A DNA stretch of 31,154 nt, from positions 124,001 to 155,154 of the forward strand of contig JAPEUG010000004.1 in assembly GCA_026025795.1 (NCBI GenBank), read 5' to 3'. The notes beneath the pieces were generated by a model. That model was not told the DNA's origin, searched no databases, and saw only the letters and a program-made list of their open reading frames with translations. Origin of the DNA: Thelocarpon superellum (taxonomy: Eukaryota). A program made the position numbers and the translations under genes. Positions 1-10,500 of the stretch are shown here, piece by piece; the stretch's first letter is position 1; the number at the start of each line of letters is the position of its first letter.

Positions 1-2121
1 CAGTGTTGCCAGTGTGATCTGATCCAGGCTTGGAAGGATTAGGAGGAAGAGGAGACGTCGACGTGGAAAATGGCCGGCTTTATGTGCCACTCGAATGCTG
101 GCTATTTATCTCACACTAGACTGTGTGATCCTCCAAGCCACTCAACGCTGTCTCCTGCCTAGAAAGACGGACTGAGGCTTGCTGAAATGCGCACTTTTTG
201 GCGGCCGAAACGCACAAGTACAATGCACTTCCAGCAGCATGGTGTATGATTTGGTGGCAAAACTGATGAATCTCATGCCAAGTTGATGCGCGGAGATTCT
301 ACTCTATCTGAGCATTACTTGACGCTGTACATCTTTGACACCAAATCCAAAGTCCAAAATCGCGCCGGGTTCCCTTGGCCGTCACCAACGACGCCTCTCG
401 AAAATGTTGGAGATATATTGCGTCTGAGGGGAGGCCCGAGTGTATTGACGACTAATCGTCTGCCTCAAGTGAGGACTTGTTTCATGTAGGGCCAGGGACC
501 AATAGCAACGACTAATGAAACGTTGGCTTCAACGGTGGGACCATGGGACTCGTTCCAGCCCTTACTAAGCACGATGATATACCAAACACGTGACTATCAT
601 CACACAGCCCAAGGCGCGTTTCGATCCCACTTCAGTTATCCTACATTATGCCCAAGTCAAAGCTATGCAAAGATTGTTGACGCTTGCAATATGTGCCATC
701 CATTGAGAGACATTCCAATGCACCTAAGCAAAAAGCGGCCTCTGAGAGTAGTTCAACTTTTACACCACATTCACGAGTGTCATACAGGAGCAAAGCATTG
801 CTCGCTCTCGACCAGAGTTGTCACTGGCAGGCGAGCACTCCCAAGTGACTAATGCTTTCACGTAGCCCGCACTGCCCGACACGAGTGGACCAGAGGTCTT
901 TACGTTTCGACATCACGCGGTTCGTTGCTGTGCAATACTCGTGCGCCACGTCTCGAGGCGGAGCGGCCCATCGCCAGGTCAGAATTGACGCGAGGACAAC
1001 ATCGAGCTCGTCCCGGCGAGTCCGGGCAAGAGACTTGAGGCCTCGTTACGGGGCCGCATGCGCAGGTCTTTCGTCACAGCCGCGGGAGACTCAGCATTCT
1101 TTGCTATGGTCAAGCCATGTTGGAGTCACGCCTCCAGGGCATTATCGGGAAATGGATCAGCCTCATGTCTTGGCACCAGCATCGAGAGCTTTCCTACGCG
1201 AGGCAGAGCTCGGGGCATTCAACGGTGAGTTACTGTTAAATGGCGCACTTAGTCCGCTATTGTTGGTTGGCGCGGCGAAGACGGGGCACTGGCGGCGCTG
1301 AGCCGCTCGCTGACTTGAGATTCGGGCACTGCCACTCTCGCCCAAGTCCTCAGTTCCGGACCTCAGAGCTGAGCCCTGACTTCCTAGCGATCCAGCGACG
1401 CCCGAGAGGTGAAGCAGAGGATGTTGGACTGAGAGGAGTAGGACCACCGTAAACTTAGCACTGCGTCAAGTAACGGCAGTCGCGCACTTGGTACTGCAAT
1501 CTCACCAGCAAAAGCATTGTTCCATGTGGTAGGTGAGCGACGCCACTTTGTCGATGTGGTCCGCCACACTAACTCGTAATACGGGTAGGGAGTTCGGTAG
1601 GATACGAGCAGCCTCTACCGGCAGCCTCGCCCGTATCCGACCGAACTTCGGACTCAAGGCCACAGGCCGCAGATTTTACATCGAAAGGCGTTAGTCTTGC
1701 GAGGAGCGGTATAGCGGTACGAGAGCGATTAGCGACCAAGTGGCGTGACACGCGGCGCATCGCCTCAATGGTGTTGGGCGTTGCTACTGCGTTGCTGGAG
1801 AGAGGGCCTTCTCCGAGCCGCTAGTGGAGCGCCCGGTGGTGGCCTTGCCGACTTATCCACCCTTCTAGCCAGATCCATGACCCCTCTTGGCTCCTTGGCG
1901 TGGAGAAGCTCCCCCGGCTCGAGGCGCTCCCGGTGCATCTGTCTTCCTTCACGTCACCATTTCTACCATATCCACCCATCATTTCACATTGCTCCACGTC
2001 AGCTCTGCGCCGACGCTCGACGCTCAAATACCGAATCGTGTCCGCAATATCTACCGACTGTCCTCTGCGTCTACTTCTCCCGTCGCAGCTGTCATCCGTC
2101 TCTGTTCGCACCTGACTCGTC

Positions 2122-3288
2122 ATGGATCACCTTGACAACGCCAACAAGGCCCCCGAGCCCCCGATTCAGAATGGAGGCTTCCGTCCGCACCCAATCGTCT
2201 CGGTCCAGCCGCCGCGGCGCGAGGATCTCCAGCCGCAGTATGCGCAGACGCTGGCCGCCGAAGAAGGCGCCGACGCGCACGGCTGGTATGGGAACATGAG
2301 TAGGTGTCCCCGCCCTGAGCTCATCCATCCTTTCCGCCCTGACGATACGAATAGTCAACTCGCTCGGATCCTGCATCGGCTTCATGGGCGCTATCCCTGG
2401 GTGTGTGTGTTGCCCCAACCCGTACAAGCCCGTGAGCCAGGGCAACGTGGGTCTCGTCACGAAGTTTGGCCGCTTCTACCGTGCCGTGGATCCTGGTCTG
2501 GTCAAGATCAATCCGCTCTCGGAGAAGCTCATCCAAGTGGATGTCAAGATCCAGATCGTTGGTGAGTAATGCGGAGATCTGTGACGATATCGTCGTCACG
2601 ACTGACCTCCGTCGCAGAGGTGCCGCAACAAGTTTGCATGACCAAAGACAATGTGACGCTTCACCTTACGTCGGTCATCTACTACCACATCACGTCGCCG
2701 CACAAGGCCGCCTTTGGCATCTCCAACATCCGCCAGGCGCTGGTGGAGCGCACGCAGACGACGCTGCGCCACGTGGTGGGTGCGCGCGTGCTCCAGGAGG
2801 TGATCGAGCGGCGCGAGGAGATTGCGCAATCGATTGGCGAGATCATCGAAGACGTGGCGTCGGGCTGGGGTGTGGCGGTGGAGAGCATGTTGATCAAGGA
2901 CATGATATTCAGCAACGACCTCCAGGAGTCGCTGTCGATGGCGGCCCAGAGCAAGCGGATCGGCGAGAGCAAGGTCATCGCGGCACGGGCCGAGGTCGAG
3001 TCGGCCAAGCTGATGCGCCAAGCGGCGGACATCCTGAGCAGCGCGCCCGCCATGCAGATCCGCTACCTCGAGGCCATGCAAGCCATGGCCAAGTCAGCCA
3101 ACAGCAAAGTCATCTTCCTGCCCGCCACCAACACTACCGTGCAAGGCCAGATGGCACTGGCCGACAGCGCCGGCGAGGGACCGAGCAAGCACGGCGCTGG
3201 CAGCGACGCTGGGCCGTCCCATGACTTTGGCGTGGGTAATGAGAGCATGCAGAAGGCCGTCAATGCTCGTATCATCGAGAACATGTAA
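2122..3288 (+). CDS. Stomatin-like SPFH/Band-7 family protein; exons 2122-2299, 2355-2561, 2618-3288
   Basis: Introns 2300-2354 (GTAGGT..CTGAC..TAG) and 2562-2617 (GTGAGT..CTGAC..CAG) join three ORF pieces in frame. SPFH signatures: GLVTKFGRFYRAVDPGL, TKDNVTL, QTTLRHVVG, WGVAVESMLIKD, AMQIRYLEAM. Cys-rich GCVCCPNPY precedes the domain. Confidence 0.93.
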
Positions 3289-3324
3289 AGGACAACTTTA
3301 CGGTCTCTTTGCGCATGTCATTTA

Positions 3325-3356
3325 TCTGCTTCTGCCTCTGCCTCTGCCTCTGCCTC
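3325..3356. repeat. (CTCTGC)n hexanucleotide microsatellite in the stomatin 3' region
   Basis: tctgcttctgcctctgcctctgcctctgcctc read directly. Confidence 0.85.
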
Positions 3357-3658
3357 GGTCTCTGTCATCATATTCCCGTCCCCTGTCCTGCTTGCGCGTC
3401 TCGGCCATACGATGAATCCTGCGATGCGTACGATGCGTGCGATGTGTTGCCTTAAGGGAAGGGTCTGTAGTCTCAATGATGCGGTGATGATTCATTCCTC
3501 CTGCTTCACCTGCGTCGAGGGTGATATTCTTTCTATCCGAGGGAGAAGGGATGGAGGGAGTGGTGAGGTGAAGATTGGAAAGCTGAGATTGAAATTGGAA
3601 TGAAAATGGTGAAAAAGGTAGGACTGGATGGAAAGGATGCTTGATGTCTGGTTTGTTC

Positions 3659-3680
3659 ATTGATTGATTGATTGATTGAT
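3659..3680. repeat. (ATTG)5+ tetranucleotide microsatellite
   Basis: attgattgattgattgattgat read directly. Confidence 0.9.
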
Positions 3681-4901
3681 CCTTTCTCTGATACCCACCC
3701 CCAACATTGAACCTGTCCTTTCAATTGTACGTACGTACTTATCCATCAGCTTATGCATCTGCTTGTCATCAATCCATCTATCTACGTGTTCATGCGTGAG
3801 ACCAGGAGGCCGACGCCTCAAGGAAGGCAGTAATAATCACGGGTTGAACCACGTTGAGTGCTCAGGCCGAACATCAGGAGCCACGCCGACGGCTAGCAAA
3901 GCTCCGGTGTTTCAACTATATCACGATGGAGTTGGGAAAGTTCTTGGAACCCTATTGCATCATGTCATCCCAGCCAACGAGGTGACGTCTGCCGAGTCCA
4001 ACTAGCTGTACCCGTCGTCGTGGCGTTTTATACTCTGCACAAAGTTGTCGAGGCAGATGTCCACCCCAGTCAGGTGACCAAGTTTAGGTTGTCTTTTTTA
4101 TTCGCTATCCGCTATCTGTTACTCGTTACTCGCTAGACCTTTCCTCCCTCCCCTTTCTGAAGCGTCTAGCGAGCTTGCAGACCATCCCAGTAGTAGTGAG
4201 GCACAAAGTTGAGCGGTCACTTGGAGCAGGAGGTCTCGTGAGAATAGAGGAGGCTTGGCTGATCAACGAGCTACGTGTGGGTCCGGCGAATTCCTGGCTA
4301 GCTGGGGACCTACAGGCACCATGTACTTGTAATATCAAAGTCCTAGCCATCGCTGGACACCCGATGGAGTTGCCGGCCCGGAGGTCACCGCGTCTATCAT
4401 GCCTGTCAGCTGTTCACACCCGGGTTAATGATCTGGGTGGTCTACTTGCAGCTCACCGGAGCCGAGAGGCGGCCGAGACGGCACCAACGGGAAACGATAA
4501 TGACGGTCGGACATTGGCCGGGTGGTAAGGCGTGGCATTACGAGATCATGCTGGGTGTTCGTCACGCCGCGAGGTCGACAAGCTTTTCGGCTGCTCCGAC
4601 ACCACCTTTCAACGTCTCCCCTACATGAAACAATTGGCGAGCGGGACGCACGACGACCCAGGCGGGACGGCGTTGAGCGGCGCCAGGCTGTCCCCCTTTC
4701 TGGCTTGCTGTCAAGTGCGAGCAAGGCGTGGGTGACATGCATATGATGTAGTTCATGGCACTTGCTACTCCGTTGGTGATGATGCCCCATACCCACCCAA
4801 GGAGACTGGCGGGGCTGCAGAGCGCCAACGACACACGGGCCCTTTGCTGATCCTGGGTTTTGCTGAGCCGCCGGGGCAAGAAGGCCCTTCACGTAGGCGC
4901 C

Positions 4902-6468
4902 ATGGCTGACCATGACGTCGAATTGGGTCCCGAATTCGTGGCGCTGTTGGCCACGATGCAGCCCGAGTCCCTGGCGTATCAGCTACAGCATCTCTCGGAC
5001 GACAAGTCCCTGAGCTTGAGAGTGATATGCATCGTCGGCGTCGTCAGCGCCACCTTGGCTGTGGGCCTGCGTCTGTATGCACGGCGCCTGGTCGAAGCCC
5101 GGTTCTCGGCCGACGACTGGACCATCTTGGCGTCAATGGTAAGGGCAAGCGGAAACCCTCGCCGTGGACCGGAGCCCGACCTGCGTTGCTTCGGCCGATC
5201 CTCGGCAGCTCGTGTTCTACCCGTTGTGGGGATGGTACATCATCGGCAGTGAGACTGACGAAGCCCCACTGCCGACGAGGCGCCCAAGTTGTGCTGACGT
5301 GGCACCAGTCTGGTACGACGGTTTAGGGAGACACGAAGCGATAGTATCGCCGTCCAGAGTCATCGGGACGCTTCAGGTAAGAGATGGCGATGGCGCGGTG
5401 GCGACGGGGGTGCGGCGCTGATGGGCGTAGCTATTCTACGCTGCGCAGATCCTCGTGTGCATCATCATCCCCTTGACCAAAGTCTTCATCCTCTTCTTCT
5501 ACGATCGCATCTTCGCCGTGGCTAGCTTCCGGCCCCTGTGCCGGTTCTGGATCGGCTTCTCGATCTGCCAGATGCTTGGCGGCACCATGGCCGCCATCCT
5601 CGAATGCGTGCCAGTTGCCGGGGTCTGGAACTTGACCATTCCGTCGCGGTGCATCATCTACGTGGCGTGGTACGTGGGGCAGGCGGCATTCAACATCCTG
5701 ACGGATCTGGTGATCCTCATCATGCCCCTGCCGGCGGTGTGGAGCCTCCGGATCGCACGACGCCAGAAGGTGGCGGTCTGCAGCATCTTTGTGCTGGGCA
5801 GTCTGGTGTGCTTGGCGCCGATGATGCGCATCGTGGCCGTGTACCAGATCGACTACAGTGATCGCACCTGGACCTATACCTCCACCACCAACTGGTCCAT
5901 GGTCGAGAGCTTTCTCAGCATCGTCTGCGCCTGTCTACCCACGATGCGACCGTTGTTTCGTGGCTTCTTCCAAGGCTTCAGCACCGGTGGCTACGTCGCC
6001 CAGGTCTCTCCTTTGGGGGACTCCAAGTCCACTAGTCGACGGCGCTTTGCCAACGTCCGGGACCCCTGGGGGACAATCTTGTTACAGGAAACACCGCACG
6101 TGCCGGAGACGGGGATGGAGACGGGGATAGAGGTGGGAATGGGAACGGAGACGGGGCCGCAGACGGGGCCGTCGAGATTATCATGGATGCGCTGGGCTGA
6201 AAACATGGACAAGGAAAAGGAAAAGAAAAAGGACGCCATTGCCCTCTGCAGCGTCAGAGAGATGCACCCACGCCAAGACAGCGGCACTGGAGACGTCGAG
6301 CGTGGGTTCGAGGTTGGGTGTGGGTTTGGCTCCAGCTCTGTTCCTGGTCTCGATCGTAGCGTTGGTCATGGTCATGACGGCGGACGAGGTCTTGACGAGC
6401 CCTCGACTGAGCAATTGAGCTCCAGCGGTGCTGATGGAGGAGAGAAGGTCACATCCTTTGTGCAATGA
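4902..6468 (+). CDS. PTH11-like integral membrane protein (fungal rhodopsin/SAT4-type 7TM domain, no CFEM); exons 4902-5138, 5209-5248, 5309-5376, 5431-6468
   Basis: Introns 5139-5208, 5249-5308 and 5377-5430 (all GT..AG) give a continuous frame. Family motifs: AVGLRLYAR, ADDWTIL, GLGRH, LTKVFILFFYDRIF, ECVPVAGVWN..RC, NILTDLVILIMPLPAVWSLRI..RQK, WSMVE..SIVCACLPTMRPLF. Confidence 0.9.
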
Positions 6469-6618
6469 ATCATGATCTGTCCTCTTGCACAACCTGGGAC
6501 GTGGTACTTGGTGCCTGATTGGGGTCGGAGGTGTGCCGTGCTTCTGTGCTTGCTGTCTGTCACTTGCTGTACTGCACGCATGGATGGCGTGTTGTGTATT
6601 GTGTCACGTATGGGGTAA

Positions 6619-6651
6619 TGAACGTGGTCATGAACGTGGTGATGAACGGGG
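6619..6651. repeat. Three imperfect copies of a 12-mer TGAACGTGGTSA
   Basis: tgaacgtggtca tgaacgtggtga tgaacgggg. Confidence 0.7.
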
Positions 6652-6912
6652 TAGTGTCAGGGTACGATATCACCGTACGCTCTGGCGGCACCAAAGTGCA
6701 GATGGTTTATACGACGTGACGGTGACTGTCAGTGGGATGTGCGTTGATCGAATCTATCTACTGGATTGTCCATGACAGGGACGAGAAGCTATGCCGACTG
6801 ACGGTATTACCAGGAGGAGATCCGGGCATGGATCTCTCGTGACATGTATTGGGTGCCGACAGATGTACCAGGATTTAGATGATTCTCTACTTGTACTTGC
6901 ATAGTAGTATGC

Positions 6913-7046
6913 AAGTACGACGACTCTATCAGCTTCGGTTACGCACTCGATTAGACAGGTACCACGACTTTCGCAGCTTCAGTTAAGGACTCGGTAAGAC
7001 AGGTACAAAGACTCCAGCAGCTCCAGTTAGGGACTTCGTTTAGTAC
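6913..7046. repeat. Degenerate 44-bp tandem repeat (~3 copies) overlapping an 11-bp perfect inverted repeat at 6893-6918
   Basis: Units starting CAGCTYC(A/G)GTTA at 6930, 6974 and 7018. AGACAGGTAC recurs at 44-bp spacing. Confidence 0.75.
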
Positions 7047-7259
7047 TCAGTTAAGGTATGCTTCGAGCCCTAGTACGCCTTGCGTCACTCGCACCGAATA
7101 GTGCGTACAAGTCATCACAAAAGGGCGTCTCTGTATAGCTCCTTACGATTACTCATTCGCTGTAGTATTACTGCCTTGTTGATACATCATCCATAGTTTC
7201 GTCCTATCTCCTTTCCCGCCTCACCCAGCACTCAACGGGCCAACAAGGATGGTCGACTT

Positions 7260-8632
7260 CTACTCCAACAACGAAGCCTGATTGGTGTACAGGACATCGA
7301 CCACCGTTCCGAGCTTATCGATCGTATCGAGCGCGGCATCGTAGCCAACGTCGCGCTCCACCTCGTCATAGACTATCAGGCAGCCGGCGCCCTGGTCCAA
7401 AACACCCACGATCACCTTGTCGAGGATCATCTGGCTGAGCTTGCGCTCGACTTGCTGCGTGTCCAGCCCGACCATGTGCGCGATGTGGGCAATCTCGACG
7501 CGCGAAAACGGCTCGATCACTTTGATCAGATTCTGCTCCAGCATCGCGTCGTACAGTCGCCGCAGGTGGTGCCGGATGAACGTGTCGGAGCCCAGTTCGT
7601 GTCGGTAGTCCGACAGCGCCTTTTCGTACGCGTCCAGTGACCGCTCCGAGTGCGCGCGCGCCACGGCTTTCATGGCTTCGAGCGCCTTGCCGCCGTGCTT
7701 GAGCGCCGCTTTTGACGTCATCAGCGTGTTGACGTCGTCGACGAGGTTGAGCATGATCTTGCAGAGCAGCATGTATTGCAATGCCGATGTCGCCTTCTCC
7801 GCCTCATCTTGCGATTGGTATCCCTCCAGCGCTTCGATGAAGTACGAATATGCCGTGTTGAAGTCTTTGTCTTCCGCGTGCAGCTTGCCCGATTGCATGT
7901 CGAGCCCGGCCTGGAGGAGCGGCGGGCAGTACACCGACGCCGCGGAGGTGCGTGCCGATGTCAGAGCCGCTCGGCCTTTGGCGACGTTGCCAAGCGCGTG
8001 GTACGTCCGTGACTCGAGCAGCTGCACCTCGACCAGGACCAATTTGTCGTCCAGTCGCTTGAGCTCCTTCAGCAGGCTGTTGATCAGGTTCAGTGCATCG
8101 TAGTACGACTGCTTCGCCATGTACAGCGATACCAATCGCGTTTCGAGGTTCTGTCGGAGGAAGCCCCGTCGCTCCGAGATGGCCCATTCGATGCAGGACT
8201 TGGTCACGGAGATCTGGGTGTCGGTCGTGTTGGGGATGGTGGAGAAGAGGTCAAGCAGTTGGCGCACTGCCGTGAGCGTCAGCAACAGCGCCAGTCCAAG
8301 CACCGTGAGGGCCATACCCAGCTTTGCCGTCTTGGCCTTTGCGAACGAGGAAAGCACCGATCGGCTCGTCCGGACCAGTTCCGCCAGATCATTTGGTCGC
8401 CTAGAGCCCGCGTCAGAAGATGTCGTGCTCTCGTGTGCATCACTTACTTCTTATCCCGGTACAACGCTCCGAGCCCCATCAACGCCGCCTCGTAGTCTCG
8501 CAAGCCAGCATCGCTGCTCCCAGGGTCTTTGGACAAGATGTCTTTAAAGGTCGCTTCAGCTCGTGCCGGATCAGACTTGACGATCTTGTTGGCCTCCTCG
8601 ATCCGTTTAAAGTTGTCCTGTGATGCGACCAT
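7260..8632 (-). CDS. RPN6: 26S proteasome lid subunit Rpn6 (PCI domain); exons 8632-8448, 8400-8318, 8266-7260
   Basis: Introns 8401-8447 (GTAAGT..CTGAC..TAG) and 8267-8317 (GTATGG..CTGAC..CAG). Motifs: AKAKTAKLVRQL, FLRQNLETRL, LLKELKRLDDK, DFNTAYSYFIEA, LEQNLIKVIEPFSRVEI, VERKLSQMILDK..GVLDQG. Confidence 0.96.
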
Positions 8633-8856
8633 CTTGTGAGATGTGAGAGGATGACCTCCCGAGCTTTGACAGTCCAAGGTTCGTCAACGGCGCGGGTTAG
8701 GTCAGAAGGCGGTGGGTCTGCACGAGGGAAGCTGTCGAGAATCTGATAGCGAAGAGCTTGGCTGACATAATCCCGCCCGCCGCCAATGAATCTTCAATCC
8801 CAACCATGTCGATAATCTCAATCAAGGACGAAGCGGCCAACAGCACAGGCTTCATC
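8633..8856. promoter_or_regulatory. Short (224 bp) divergent RPN6/SOF1 intergenic region, probable bidirectional promoter
   Basis: Head-to-head start codons at 8632 (-) and 8857 (+). Promoter function is inferred. Confidence 0.6.
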
Positions 8857-10300
8857 ATGGTATGAGACCTCCGGATTGACCACTTCAACCTAGTGCTGAT
8901 GACCTGCAGAAAATCAAAGCCCTTTCCCGGGCGTCGTCGTCCCACCAGACGCCCGGCTCAACGGTCACTCGACAACCGCGAAATCTTGACCCCGCCCTCC
9001 ATCCGTTCGAACGTGCTCGAGAATACACACGGGCGCTCAATGCCACCAAGCTGGATCGGATGTTTGCAGCCCCTTTCCTGGCCCAGCTGGGTAAAGGGCA
9101 CGTCGATGGCGTCTATACAATGGCCAAAGACCCCCAATCTCTCCAACGCTTTGCCAGTGGAAGTGGTGACGGCGTGGTGAAGGTCTGGGATCTAACGAGC
9201 AGAGACGAGATCTGGAACAATCAAGCACATGAGGGCATCGTCAAGGGCATGTGTTGGACGCAGGACCAGATGTTGCTGAGCTGCGCAAGTGATCGGACCA
9301 TCAAGCTGTTCGATCCCTATGGAAGCCCATCCGGCTCGGCACCCCGCGCCACCTACCTTGGATCGAACGCCTTTACGGGTATTTCACACCATCGGAGCCT
9401 GCCCAGTTTTGCGGCCTCGTCCAGTGTGATCTCCATCTACGACTTATCCCGACCCTCTTCAACACCCTCACAAACGCTTGCATGGCCCACTTCGACCGAC
9501 ACCATCACTACCCTTGCCTTCAACCAGACTGAAACCTCCATCCTCGCCTCCGCCGCCACGGACCGGTCCATTGTTCTCTACGATCTCCGGACCTCGTCAC
9601 CCTTGACCAAAGTCATCCTCCGCCTGGCCTCGAACGCCATCTCATGGAACCCGATGGAGGCGTTTAACTTTGCCGTCGCCAACGAAGACCACAACATCTA
9701 CATCTTCGACATGCGCAAGATCGACCGCGCCCTGAATGTCTTGAGAGACCACGTCCACGCCGTCATGGACGTTGAGTTTAGCCCCACAGGCGAAGAACTG
9801 GTCAGCGCATCCTACGACCGCTCGATCCGACTCTGGAGCCGGGCCGAAGGCCATTCACGAGACGTGTACCACACGAAGCGCATGCAGAGGTGAGTCCCTG
9901 AGCCCCTCGGCATGCCACAATGCCACTGACATGGACGGGCAGGGTGTTCTCCGCCAAATTCACCCCCGACTCGCGCTACGTCCTCAGCGGGTCCGACGAC
10001 GGTAATGTGCGATTATGGCGCACCAAGGCCTCTCAGCGCGAAGGCATCAAGTCGGCGCGACAGCGCAGCAAACTGGAATACGACGACGCGCTCAAGGAGC
10101 GATACAAGCACATGCCTGAGATCCGGCGCATCGCGCGACACCGGCACGTGCCCAAGACGGTGAAGAAGGCGGGCGAGATCAAGGCCGAGGAGATCAAGGC
10201 CATCAAGCGCCGGGTGGAGAACGAGCGCAAACATAGCAAGAAGGGTCTCATCAAGCGGAAGAGCGAACGCGAGAGGATGGTGCTGGCGACGGAAAAATAG
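8857..10300 (+). CDS. SOF1: U3 snoRNP/SSU processome WD40 protein Sof1 (DCAF13); exons 8857-8859, 8910-9889, 9943-10300
   Basis: ATG|GTATGA..CTGAT..CAG|AAAATC gives MKIKALSR..RNLDPALHPFERAREYTRALNATKLDRMFAAPF. Also NAISWNPMEAFNF, HSRDVYHTKRMQRVF (across intron 9890-9942), SGSDDGNVRLW, HMPEIRRIARHRHVPK. Confidence 0.96.
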
Positions 10301-10500
10301 AGACTGCGCGGGGTTTCGGTCGGCATGGAATGGAATGGACTAGGAATGGCACGTCTTGGCTTGGTTCAGTTGTGTATATAGAGCTTTCTCGCGGCATGGT
10401 GGCGCGGTCTCATGGATGTTGTATCTGATCCCTCCGACCAAACCAGACCTGGACTAGATTATACGTCTTGACCGTCACCTCTTCTGTATAGCTCAGGGCC

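Noticed and set aside
283..1452. ORFs 283-489, 523-852, 852-1301, 1163-1447 and a possible splice 1225-1387 joining two of them
   Set aside because: No recognisable domain, weak codon bias, several non-ATG starts, and the joined product resembles nothing I know. I also saw no transposase or RT motifs.
3676..4900. Assorted 60-160 aa ORFs between stomatin and the PTH11-like gene
   Set aside because: No motifs or coherent exon structure; consistent with chance ORFs in GC-rich intergenic DNA.
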